A stretch of DNA of 64,000 nucleotides, taken from NCBI GenBank assembly GCA_965178125.1, contig OZ237739.1:310001-374000 (forward strand). Reading direction: 5' to 3'. Positions 24,141 to 36,589 of this stretch are shown piece after piece. How positions within the stretch are numbered: position 1 is the stretch's first letter; each line of letters begins with the position of its first letter. The notes under the pieces were generated by a model. That model saw nothing but the letters and a program-made list of their open reading frames with translations. It had not been told where the DNA came from and did not search any database. The translations under genes were made by a program, and so were the position numbers. The DNA is from Bilabrum cf. latius. Its lineage: Eukaryota.

Positions 24141-26567
24141 CCCTGTCATTGCCCCCGCTGCTCCGATAGTATGCGCGCTCGGACCGCCCGATTGGGCGGC
24201 ACCGGCACCGGCACCCTGGCCCTGACTGCTGCTGCCATGGTCATGACCCAATCCCTACGCCTGCCCCGCATCACTCGTCACACCCACACCCACCGAGGAC
24301 TGCCTCTTTTTCTCGCTGGCTGAGGCTCGGCGCCGAGCACACGATAGCTGGTGCTCCAGACACGGCCCGAAGGCGCACTCGGCCGCCCCGTCCTCCTCCT
24401 CCTCCTGAGCCTAATCTTCACCTTGCTGCTACAACCGGCTTGCGCCCTACCCCGACAATTTCTGCTCCGAGCCCTCTTCCAACGCCACGCTCGCAGCAAT
24501 TTCCACCGGGCGAGTGTCGTTCTACGCCCTGCCGCTTCCATCCGCAGAAGCCAGGTCATTGCTTGACCTGGCTTCCGTGCTTGACCTGGCTTGATACCGC
24601 ACTTGCCCATCGCTACCACCGGCATCTCCTGCGGCACGTACTTGCACTGCCTCAACCACCACCGGCAGCTAAAGCTGATCTGCATTCGACGAAGATGCGC
24701 GCAAGTCGCTGGATTTCTCACCGTGCCCAACCGCTGCCTCGCCTTTGTTTCCACCGTTCAAAGCATCCTTGGCCAGCGCGGCAGCCAGCTCGGAAGGCAC
24801 GTGGCCCGGTGCCCCGGCCGAGCCGCGCCGGGTCTAAAAGCTGAACGCAGTGGAAAACGCCGCCGCCTCCTTGTCCTTCTTGGTTCCGCTGGCGCCGCGC
24901 ATTTCATCGAACTGGTCCGTGACCACGTACAGAGCAGCTACCGCCACGCACAGCCCCAGTAGGCCGAGCCCGTCGCCCGCCCACAGTGCACCCACAACCA
25001 GAGGTGCCACGCAAAGCAGCCCCCTGCACACCCACAGCATCCGGCGGAGTCCAACGGCTTCCCACCATCTCTGCTTGCACTCCCCCTCCCCCTCTTCCCC
25101 CTATTCCCCCTCCTCCTCCTTGCTATCAGCCGACCCGTGGCCACTCTGGCTACTGCGCGGCAGCTCCGCCGCCCCCTCCGCATTCGCACCCACGCCCACC
25201 TCCCAATCCCACCCCCGGTGCTGCATCCTGGACAAGGACAGCGAGACCAGGCTAAGCGTCAGACACACGCACAGCATCCACTCCTCTCCCCGCTGCAGCC
25301 CGCCCGTCTCCTCTTCGTCTGCTGTCGTGGCTCCGCCTGCCAACCGCCTCCTGTCGTGAACCGCCCCCCCACCGTCGCCTTGTTCGCTGCTGCTGCTGCT
25401 GTCCTCCCAGCCATTGCCTGGGATCGGCAGGTGAGACAGGATCGATTTGAGCGCGATTCCCACCCCTACGAGGCCGAGGATGTTGAACCGCTGCGCCACG
25501 ATCCACGTCCTCCCCGCGTTGCTGGTCCTCCTCATCGCGTGGTGCTTGGCCTCGAACGGCTGCCCGTAGTAGTACGTCAGGAAGAGCAGGAATACGAGAA
25601 GCACGCCCAGGCACAGGAAAGCGTAGTGCCTCGCGTCGAAGCGGAGGTCGACCAGTACCAGTGACACGATCAGTTCCCCCAGAGCGAGCAGTGTGATGAG
25701 CGCGAACCGTTCTGCGGTGTGCGCGACGTGGATGGGAACCATGTACTGCTTGGGAATCAGCGACACGAGCATCGGCCAGTACGCCCCGATCAGGCTGGAC
25801 AACGCAAGAATTATACAGATTCCAGTGGCAGTCAGGCCCGCGTGCCCCGCAGCGACGCCGATGCAGAGACCGCCCGCGATCAAATATCCCACAATGTACG
25901 AGTTTGCCATCACCCGTGCTTCCGCCGCGTAGTACGCCACGATGGCATACATGAATGCCAACTACATCCACATGGCACCCAGGCTGCCTGCAAATCCGGG
26001 CAGGGCCTCATGAAAGTACGCCTCGTTATCGCCGCCCGAAAATGGCTCCAGATGGACGGCCGCAAGCACCATGAGCGAAATCGCCAGGAACGTGTAGCCC
26101 TGGTGCACCAGATCTGGCTGGTGAAACCTGGTCGTATACAATGTTAGTGCAACCTGCAAGTCGAATAGTAGGGAAGTCGCAATCGCGCCCATGCTGAGGG
26201 AGAGCGGGTTGATTCCCGCTTCCTTGACGCTTTGCGAGACTCGAATCAGTGCAGCCACCAGGGCCAGGTCGTGAAGCAGCTCCCAAGCTCCGGCTGGCCG
26301 GTGATCATCTATATCGCCCCACCTACGGAGGCCCGCTGGCGGTTGAAACAAGATCCGCATCAATACGGAAAGCCCGATGTGAAGCAGTCTACCGATCTGT
26401 TTCGACTTCAGGAAAGCACGGTCAAGCTGGCGCCTGCTATAACCGTGCAGTACCCCCAGGCAAGAAGGATTCGGTGGAGATTTTTCCTGCTGCTGTTTGT
26501 ACTCGAAAGCAATGTCAAAGTGGTTACAGAGCCGCAAGACAAGAACTGCAAAATGTCGATGCCTCAC
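24102..26567 (-). CDS. Low temperature requirement A (LtrA) family multi-pass membrane protein; 5' end uncertain
   Basis: LtrA motifs RPAGAWELLHDLALVAAL, LYTTRF and HTAERFALITLLALGE, with many TM segments. ORFs 25962-26567, 25101-25961 and 24834-25040 are joined by TAG. The first TGA is at 24102-24104, inside the minisatellite. Confidence 0.8.
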
Positions 26568-26688
26568 AGGATCCGATCAGATCCGAATTGGACCAGCCGA
26601 TCAGCGTTGCGCATTTAGCATTCGCTCGAGCACACGACACCGCGGCACAGCCACCGATTCATCTCAAAGACTTACCCATCGACTCTTT

Positions 26689-29600
26689 TTAGATCCCCGG
26701 CGCAGACATGAGCCCCAGCACGTAGTCGAACCGGTCGGCATCGAGCCCCCCCAGCGCGCCCACGCGAGGCACCGGCCCCTGCCACTGGCTCGGCTTGGTG
26801 TACACATACCCGATCACACCATCGGGGTGCTCCGTGCACGGCGAGTAGCCGTTCTCCTTGGCCCAAGCGATGCTCTCCGCTGCCGCCACCGTGGCATGGT
26901 CGCCGTCCTTCTGGCTAAAGTAGCAGTACAGAGGCACTGTTCCCTCGACCTGCTTCGAGAGAACAAGCCCGTTGCTGAACGTGGCCGGGGTGTACCCCGA
27001 AGGCGCGCTCGACAGTGTGTCCACCCAGTTGTCGCTGATGTCTTGGTTCCACCAGTCGGACATTGGCACCGCGTCCTCGGCCCCCTTGGCCGGCTAATAG
27101 CCCTCGATCCTCATCATGTCGTAGTTGGTGTTGGACAAGTAGCACCCCTCGCTGCCGCACGCCAGCTGGTCCTTCCTGCCCTGGTCGTAGAAAGACACGA
27201 TGCTCGGGGGCATCTGGGGCGGTGGCCCGTACGAGTTCTTAATCTGCTCGATCGCAAAGGGCAGCGTGGCCGACACGTTCTTGACCATCGCGGCGAAAGA
27301 GGCCACGTCACGCCCAGCGGCAAGACCCAGCATCTGGGGTGTCCTCGTGATGTCCTCAATGTAATCGTCTCCCGTGTGGTGCGCGCCAACGGTCTGACGC
27401 ACCTCGTCGAGGGCGTGCTTGGCCAGCCGGGCGCGGCGGGCAATCCCGCCCACCCCATCGAAGTCTGCCTCTGTCGGGGCACCGGGCGCGCCGCTGATCT
27501 GCAGGACGAGGCCGTCAGCGGTGTGTACACCCACCACCACGATCTCAGTCGCCATGGCTTCGCCGTCGAAGCTCCAGTAGCTGGTCGTCGGGGGCCTGTT
27601 GGGGCTGGCCAGGCGGCCCCAGCGGCTGAAAGGGATGGATCCGGACGCGCCACCGGAGACTGACACCGCGGAGGGCGGGCCGAAGTTCGGCAGGCGAACG
27701 GTGTACGTGCGCATGGACGGGAGCTCGGGGTAGCTTCCGTTCGTGGAGATCTTGACGGTGGCGCCGTCGGATGACTTGCTGTACGAGCACGAAGTGAACG
27801 CGAACGCCCCTTTCGTCACGTAGCTCACGGTGCTTCCGTCGTCTTCGTACACCCTGCCCGACCCGGTCGCGGCCCCAGGGACGACGGTAAACTCCAGTTC
27901 GTCGTACTGCCGCTGCGCCACGGCGATCGAGTCGCCCACCCGCACGGGCCTAGAGGGCACGACGGCGCCCGCGCGCCAGTACCGGGGCACCTCCGTCGCG
28001 TCGTACTTGCCGTTTACGATGCTCCCGCTCGCGTTGGTCACCTTGATGACGCTGTGGTCCAGGTCAGAGTACCAGGTACCCTCGGGCAGCCAGTGCGTAG
28101 AGGGCGCCAGGGAGTCATTGCCGCTGGGTGTCACCACGGGAGCCACGATCAGGTCGGGGCCCAGGAAGAACTGGGCGAAATCGCCCGTGTGCGTCCCTGC
28201 GTACGCCATCTCTGCCTCGGGTGCGTACAGATACATGGACCGGACGAGTCCCAGCCCCTCGTCGAAGCCCTCCCGCATGGCGGTGTAGATGTAGGGCACG
28301 TGCCTCGCCCTCCACTGCATGGCGTCCCGATTCGCCTCGAAGTAATAGTGGGGAACGTTCCAGAGACGCACCAGGTCGCAACGCTCGTCGTCCGCGTCAA
28401 AGGCGGGGAAAGGATCCTTGCAGCCGCCGGCGCTCATGCCGCGGTCGTGCGAACGGGCAGCGCCAGAGTGGAAGATGAACTAGGTCCACCTCGTGTACAT
28501 CTCGTGGTCGCCCGAGGGGCCAACGAGGTCGTGCGACCACGAACCGTACCCCACGTTGGTGGCCCTAGACGAGAAATACGGCTGAAAGGCCAGATTGTCC
28601 CAGGTGAGGCCAGCCACGTCTCCACTGAACCCCGCCTGGTACCTGTGGGTGCCGAGGCCCCCGAACCTGGCCAGCACGGCCCCGCGCTTGTCGCTGCCCT
28701 GCCTCTTCGGGGATGTGACCCTCTGCCAGTCCGTGAGGATCGTGGGGTTGAATTTCCCGCTGTTGAGGTGCACCTGCGAGGGCGACTGCTGCCAGTCGAT
28801 CCATCCGTGGACCCCGATGTCGTACAACGGCTTCATCACCACGTCTTCGAGGCATCTCACGTACGTCTTTGACGAGAAATCTGCCTTGATCGTGGCACCC
28901 TGCGAGCAGTCCGACTTGGTGCACTCGCACATGGCCTCGTACTGGGTCTCCCACGCAGCGATGCCGTCAGCGTCGTGCAGGTTCACAAACTGCATCAGCT
29001 TTCGCTCCTCGGTGACGTACTGCATCAGGTCCGTGGCGTTCGGGATGAGGCGGGGGTCCCAGCTGTAGCCCGTCCAGTCGTTCTTGAGGTGCCAGTTCAT
29101 GTCCAGGATGTGCACGTCGAGGGGCAGTCCCCTGGATTCGTAGTCGTTGATGAGGTCGAGCACATCTCTCGCGTCCATGTTGTACCACCGGGACCACATC
29201 ACCCCGCTCATGGCGCGAGGGTACACGGGGATGTGCCCCCCGATTTGCGTGTAGGCCTTCAGCGCCCCCTTGTAGTCGTGCCCGTGGGCGAATAGGTACC
29301 AGTCCACCGTGGAGTTTCGCTCGTACACGGACCCGCTAGGATCCGCCCACCAGTCGTCGCCGTCCCAGACCGGGTCGAAGCTGTCCACGACAAGGGCCCA
29401 GCCGCTTCGGGAGATGAGACCGAATTCACACTGCACCTTTTTGTTCTCTGTGCAGTTCAGCGAAACGGAGCCGGTGCCGTCGAGCGTTCGAAACGTTCCA
29501 AGCAGGTTGCCGGGATCCGTGCTGCTCTGCATTCCCCCGTTCCACTTCTGGAACGCAGACGAGGAGTCCGTGGAGACGACCTGAATCGAGTCGGCAGAGA

Positions 29601-29940
29601 AGTTACCGCCAGTGTACGTCAGGCTCACCGCGGAAGTATTCAGCGAGACGCCATTGGATCCGAGCGGGGACGCGTGGAAGGACGGGACTGGCTGCTTGCG
29701 GTTGACGAACGCAATCGAAGGCCTGTCCTCGAAGCTGTGCGCGGTTTCAGTGTACTCCATGCGAATGATTTCGGGGGAAAGAACCGTGAACCGCGCCTTG
29801 CCGTCGGGCGAAACAACCACAGCGGACGGGTCCGCCACAGGATCGTAAGGCATCAGCTCGTACTTGACTGGGCTAATTGCTTCATCTGCTGCAACAAAAG
29901 CAATAAAATAGCATAGTCCTAGCCTTGAAAGGGATCTCAT
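26689..29940 (-). CDS. Secreted glycoside hydrolase family 31 (alpha-glucosidase/xylosidase-like) with C-terminal accessory domains
   Basis: Signal peptide, then RGLPLDVHILDMNWH, WTGYSWD, WIDWQQ, HRYQAGFSGD, WSHDLVG, MYTRWT*F, QFFLGPDLIVAPV and YEDDG. Three ORFs are joined by TAG at 28480-28482 and 27094-27096. Ends TAA 26689-26691. Confidence 0.93.
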
Positions 29941-30119
29941 CGGAGGAGCACGTCCAGAATGGCAAGAAAGTGAAGCTGCCCAACCGGGTCAGTTTTTGTC
30001 TTCTTCTTTGTACATTGGTTGCAACCGCCCTCCACCTCCAGACAAAATCTAGATAGTCTGGAGGATTGCGCATCGACAAGCTCGCGATAACAAATAATCA
30101 TGCATGGGGCATTCGTCAA

Positions 30120-32156
30120 TCACAAATCCCCGTCGTCACCAAACGGGGATGCGTCCGCCCCGAACGGGTCCCCTTCCCCTTCCAAGAACCCGCCCTCGCC
30201 CTCGCCCTCATGATCCACATCCGCCCCCAGGTCAATGTCCAGCTTGTCAGAGGCAGAGGCCGAGCCCGCTGCGGGTGACGAGGCACCCACACCTGGTGCT
30301 GCTGCACTTGAATCGCCTGCCGCTGGGGCCGGCGAAGGGGCCGCACTGCTGCTGCTAGAAGCAGGCTCTGACAAGCCACCTACCCCTGCACCTGCTCCTG
30401 CTCCTGTTGTTCCGTCGTCTTCGTCCTCGTCCGAGAAACCGCCAGCGGGGCTGCTGCTGGCAGTGTGTACCTATCCAGAAGCCCCGTCCGATTTTGGGGC
30501 GGACGGCGCCCCCGCCCGCGCCCCTGCCCCGCCGCTCGCAGCCCCTGCCCCTGCCCTGTCAGGCTCCTGTCCCGCCTCCTTGTAGTGGAAGCACAGCCCA
30601 AGGAAATGAAGCAGGAGCGGCCTGCCCGCCACCTTGAGCTTCGCCATGAGGACTTCGTAGGGCATACCCAGCACGGCCTCACCAGAGACGCGGCTGATCC
30701 TGCGGCGGGCAAGAAGAACCCAAGCCATTCGAGGCGCATACTGTTTTTCAACGCAAAATGCTGCAAAGGCGACAGAGCTGGCGCAAGCACACTTCAGGTT
30801 CTAGCCCAGGCACCCATCAATGCGTGGCTTCTCACCTGTACCCCACCCCGATGGGCCCCGCCTGCTAGATGGCCCCTGGCTTGCCGTTGGGCAGAGGGAG
30901 AAACCCAGCCACTGTCACGTTGCCATCCTTGTCTGCAAATGCAAAAGTAAAAATGAAGCATAAAGAAGAATAGGGAAGCGATGGACAAGACGTATGTCTC
31001 CAGTGCAGCGAAGCCCGGGCTGCAAGTCGCGAAGAGAGAAGAGGGGACACATGAGTCAGCAGCCCAGACAAAGATCCACGGCGATCTGCGCCTTCGATTG
31101 TTCCTTCGATTGTTCGTGCTCGCAGCTAGCTAGATAGTACAGGTGCTGACCCCATGTACAATCCGACTCAGACTCACCCTCAACCTTGAGCCCCAGCGGG
31201 CCGGACGGCACCACCACGCTGGCTTCACGCACGCGTCCGCTAAACCCGAGGAACGACACAAAGTCCACGTTGCTTCTCATGCGAGGGATGCCCTCCATCT
31301 GGGCCATAAACCTAGCCAAGGCAAGGCGCCTGTTCTCGATAAAGTCGGACGCAAAATGGTCCTGGAACAGCGTGAAGCCGCGGGAGGGCGGCGTGGGGAG
31401 GGTGGCGTAGAGCGCCGTACCCGCGTACGAGCCGAGCACGGCCTCGTGCATGTTGAGGAAATCCGAGAATCGGTGGTGCACCATTGTCATGTGACCGTCA
31501 CTCTTTCGCGTTGTCTCCAGCTTGTACCACACGACCTGAGAGTGGTGGGGGGGGGGGGCGCGACGGACCAACTGAGTGCGCTGGCGGGTAACGTCGAGAG
31601 TCGGGAACCGAGCGCGGATTTGCTGTGAAAAATCTCACCTTCTTGCCATTCTGGTCGAGCGCAAGCGAATGACCAACAACTTTGACTGACATAGAGCTAC
31701 CGCTGCCATCACTGGCTGCTTTGTCTCCTGCTGCTGTCTTGCCATCCGCCGACGCCATCCCTTGCTCAACGAGCCAGTGGCCCTCAAACCTGCAGGTATA
31801 AGTCACCTCCGTTGCCCCAGATCGAAGCAGCTTGACAACCCCTTTCTTTCCCTCGATTACAAACGAAACTTCGTGCGCTGATCCGAACACACCAATCGTG
31901 CCTTCTCTGCGCGAGAGCATGGGTAGCAATCAGAGCAGCCTGGTGCGAGCTGCATCAGCTTCGAACGCAAATCCAACCCGTTTGGATTGACTCACGCGCC
32001 TGGCACCTACTATCCATCCACAGATAGACCATAAGATCCCTCCAGCGTATTGTGCTGGAGCTGCACCGTGTGCAACTGAGCTCCCACGACCACATCCCAT
32101 GATCTACTGACTGACCCGGACTAAAGAAAGCTGGCTTTACTCTCAAATTTACTCAT
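30120..32156 (-). CDS. FAIM1-like + PX + PDZ domain protein, multi-exon
   Basis: N-terminal WDVVVGAQLHTVQLQHNTLEGSYGLSVDG is FAIM-like. PX domain: VVWYKLE...HHRFSDFLNMH...PTPPSR...FIENRRLALARFM...FVSFL. PDZ-like region: PSGPLGLKV...VTVAGF...ISRVSGEAVLGMPYE...GRPLLLHF. One intron is at 31536-31638. Ends TGA 30120. Confidence 0.75.
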
Positions 32157-32363
32157 CCTACTTTTCTAGAATTCGTTGGCGGACGGGTACGATTTGCAGC
32201 CGGAAGACAGAGCTTAGGCTTCGTGCAAACCTGTTTTAACACCTTACTAATAATCGGCGGATCGCAACCACTGGCAAAGATCTAAACTTGCCGATGATAA
32301 TGGCAAGTTGAAGGAGGAGAAGACAGAAAAGCCGTCTGCGTCTGATCTCTTCTGCAACAAAGT

Positions 32364-35300
32364 ATGCAGCGTGGATTTTCACCCGTCCCACGAACCGCCC
32401 CAGGAGGCGCCGCGCATTTGATTGTGCGGAACATCCAGAAGCTCGCGGAAGGGGAGTGGTCGACAAGCAGATTCAAAATGTCCGGCGGTATTCGATGCCG
32501 GGTAGGACAGGGGCCAAGCGTGCGAGATAGAGCTTTAGCTGCTAATAAACGATTAGGCACAGGCAGCAGTCGCAGGAAAGACCTCTTGTAGTTTGTGCTG
32601 TCCTTGTCCCAAGCGGACCTTCGGTCCCTCAGCACAACCCACGCGGATGTTGTGATGGCAATCTGGACGACAAACATGTCCCTTGCGTCAAAACCGCATG
32701 GATCGTCTGCAGAGGGGGTCCGGGAGTCTGTGCTATCCCTACTAGACGCCGTGGATATTGAAATTAGTAAGCCGTCGGTCGGCTCGGGCCAGACTCCAGT
32801 CGAGTTAGCCATCGAGACAAAGAGGAGGTGCTCGATGTGCATCAAGCATGAGACCTTCCCTCGCGGCGGCCGGGACTTGTTGCGTCTTGCCCTGAGGGCT
32901 GTGCCGCGTTTCCTGCATGCCACTCAGGTGCTGTCAGCCGACTAGCTTCGAAGCGTCGTTCTCGATCGACTTCCCAGGTGCAGAAGCTGGTCAGAGCTTG
33001 CGGGTGCAGTTGGAACCATATTAGAACAGCTCTTGGTTGTTCGGTGGCTCGAATGCTCCGGGCGATTGACCGCAAGAGACGAGCGCGCCGGCGTGGTGCA
33101 GGCGAGCAAATGGCCAGAAGCACTTGCCAGGTCAAGGCGAGCCCGGCGGAAGCTGCGGCGGGCGGCCGACAGTCGAATGCACGGCATTACTACTGCTGCT
33201 GGTGGTGGCATTCCTACAACCAACGAAGGACGAGCTTCGACCGAGCTTCGACCGCAGAACGGCGGCGCGAGGGGGAGCAAATTGAAGGGCCAACCGTGGG
33301 TCCCCTTGTCCCTGCTGTCGCCCTGCCAGTCACCAGCATCAGGTGGGGATGAGAGCAGCAGCACCAGCTGCAGCTGCAGCAGCGGCGGGGGCGGGGGCGG
33401 TGGTGACACCACAGGCGACGAAGGAGAGGGTCCAGGTGTGGGTGGGCTGAGACGAGGCGGTGCGATGAGGGCGAGGGCGCATGCGAACGGAGCGCACTCG
33501 TCACGCGGTCCATCTTACCACCGGCTGGCCAGGGCACTGTGCGCCGCAGACGCGGATTCCGCCGGGCGAGTTTCCCGCACAGCGCGCCGCCGCCGCCGGA
33601 AGCGAGCCGCCGAGAAGCGACGGGTGATTGCCGGCCGGTTCCTGGCCGAATCGCAGAGGAGGCTGGGACTGGGGCTGGGACTGGACCGCGGGCCCGGTGC
33701 TGCCCCCCGGCCCGCCCCCCTAGTGCCTCGCAAGAGACGCGGCGGGCCCAAAAGTTTGCGCAAGAGGCGCCGAGGCGTCCTTGCGGGAGCGGGAGCAGCC
33801 GCGCCCGGTCTGCGCCGCGCAGCAGGCAGCAGTCGGTGGGCGGGTAGGGGGGTGAGCATGAGGACGAGGCGTCCACTGGCGATGAGCCGGAGGACGAGGA
33901 GAAGGAGTATCGGTACTGTTAAGGAGGCGGCTGCTGTTCCCTGGGCGGATCCCCATGATGACGTCGAGCGGCGCGCGGGAGATGGCAGCAGCAGGAAGCT
34001 TGGTTACGCTGTCGACGATGGGTCGTCCGACCGAGGAATGGTGCCCCCTTCTAGTGGCGGAAGGTCCAGCGCGGCACATCCGGCAGTTGGTGGAGCGCCG
34101 GATGATGAGCCAGACCAGGACGCGCTGGATGCCACGAGCATGGACGGGTATTTCTCTGACCCCGGCTGGTGCTGCCTGCCATGGTCAGAGAAAAGGGGCG
34201 GGGTTGGAGAAGCGGCTGGGGAGCACTACGATTTCGCAGGCTGGTTTCCGTCACGGAGCGTGGTACGATCCTGGAGGGAACAGCACCGCGGTGAGATGCA
34301 GTCGGTGGATGCCTACGGAGCTGCCGTAGATGGGGGCGACGCCGTATTGCTGAGAGCTGGCACGGCTTCTGGTGGTGCCGGTGAGCACCCCGTGGACTTG
34401 TTGGGGGCAAGACAGCTGGGCCGGGTCCTGAGTTGCAAGGAGCAGGTGCAGGAGGGTGATGCGGGGCATCAGCCTCCAGGGGATGGTGTGAGACAGGCGC
34501 GCACTATGGACACATGCAGCCCCGGTACTACACAGGCACCAAGCAGTGGGACCTCCTGGCACGAGCCTGTCCCCAGCAGTAAGTATCAGGCACGCTGTGC
34601 GTCTCGTGGACCAGCGCTTACATCGTCTCGAGGTCTGCCAGCGGATCTACTCGAAGATCTGGGAAGTGACGAGGTGGCGAGCCATGAGCGGCAGCACCAC
34701 GAGGCGGACGGCGTGCCTGAGCAGTACGAGCAGCCAGGGGCGGAAGCAACTGACGCCCACCTGGACGGTGCAAGTGGAGAACTCCCGGAGAATGGCCCCG
34801 TATCTTGGCACTCGGGGTCGCCCGACTCGCCGGGGAGAGACATGCGGCGCGACCAAGCCGATGGCGGCGACTGCACCCCGCCCAGCAAGGTGCGCGGTGG
34901 CAGGGGCGGGGGCGCTCCCAACGTCGTTAACGGTCGTGCTTCTGCTTCTCGCAGTAAAGACCGAACTGGGGAACACGGCCACACCTCTCTCGACACGGAC
35001 GTTCGCCATCCGGGCGAAGTCTCCGTGGGAGTTGGGTCGATGCGATCGAGTGCGGCCGCCTGGGAGCAGGACGGCTTCCCGGCTTGGGTGCCTCCTCCCA
35101 GCCAGCGTCTCTCTTTCAGCGCGCAGCACTGGCCGTCCGCCCACACCTGGGAGCCGTTGGGCTGCAGCAGCGGCGGAGCTGTGGCCGCGGGTGCCTTTTC
35201 TGCAGGCAGTCGGCAGGTGACGCCACCCAGACAGTGGTTTCCAGGGAGCAAGGCCGGCGCCGGGGTGCACACCATGCCTACCGGGCCCGGTGTGGGACCA

Positions 35301-36416
35301 CCAGTACCAGGAACGGTTCATCGTGGTCCGGGGTATGACATGCATGGCCCTTTCGGCGCGCATTTCGGGGTTGGTTACGGACACGGGGCAGCCCTCGCGG
35401 GCAGCGCTGGTGCGAGCGGTGGGTTTGTTTCTCTCTAGCGTCCGTCACACCCGCTGTGGCCGACAGGGATGCAATTCGGTGCGAATGGGGGCGTATCGAC
35501 TGGAGATTTCTCTGCATTCGCCGGCCATTCCCACTGGATGAACCAAGAGCTTGCGGGGCCCAAGCCATCCATGCAGGTGCCGTGGGCCCCTTTGCTGCTG
35601 CCGGGAGCGAGCAGTGGCAGCAACATGGCAGGCGTGCAGTTTCATCCTTCCGCATCGCCTGTCGCCGTCAGTGCGTGGAGGCCAGCGGTGCCGTGCAGCG
35701 CGGATCTCGCGCCGGGGTCGAGCCGGCCCGGTCCCGATGCAGCAGCCACTGCCACTGCCACTGCCACTGCCTCTGCAGCGCAGGACCAGCTCCCAGTGCT
35801 CGTGTGGAGCAGCCAAGGGCAGGAACGGCGCCTGCCCAGCGCGCCTTTGGCGAATGCCGACGAAGCACAGGAAATGCTTTCTCCAATCGACGATGTTTTC
35901 AAGGGAAAAGCTCGCCGGGAGCTCGAATCCGGCGGCGGTTTCGACAGAAAGTGCCAACCCATCGGCGATGTTACCGGCTCGGCTTGGTCTAAAGACAAGC
36001 CCAGCGAAGAATCGCGAGGAGGCGGTGAGATTTTGGATGCCTATTCAGGCAACAACGCGCCACTGGATCAGAATCCGCCCGAGAGACTCGGAGAAAAGAG
36101 CGCATCGAGGGAAACCACACCGGCTCGCAGCAGCGCTAGCCGGGGCCGGGAGGCAGAGGGGGCAGCCGCTGGATCTAGCAAAGCCACGGCTCCCGACGTG
36201 GAGCAGCACGGCAGAGCAAACGGCCTGGCAGTTCCAGCGAGCAGCCATGGAGCTGCCGGCGAGCAGCGGGATGCCCCTTGCGCGCCTGAGGTCCTGGCAA
36301 GACTGCTGGGCGGGGCTGGGGCGTCTGCGGGAGCAATTGCCGGACTTAGGATGGGCGGTGGGCCCGGAGGCGGGGTTGTAGTGCAGGAGGTGCGAATACC
36401 GATGTACTGGTCTTGA
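32364..36416 (+). CDS. Hypothetical large protein (helical N-terminal region plus long low-complexity region)
   Basis: ORFs 32364-32591, 32595-32945, 33033-35438 and 35469-36416 share one frame separated by TAG. Ends TGA. Confidence 0.6.
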
Positions 36417-36589
36417 AATAATGACTATTTCGGCAGATATGCGCGTAGCCTCTCGCGTCCCGTGCAAGGCTGCAAAGAAGATGAAGATTCCTCCCCACCT
36501 TCCAACCCATTTGCCGGGCTCGCCAGAATCGCCCTGTTGCGCCATGGTTCGAAGATTTGAAGCCAACTAAATCACGTCATCGGTCAAAT

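Noticed and set aside
23749-24225. Plus-strand repeat protein (MYHTISAASALQAPV)n
   Set aside because: It is open only because the 45-bp unit lacks stops on this strand. It starts with TTG right after another gene's stop and overlaps the LtrA 3' end.
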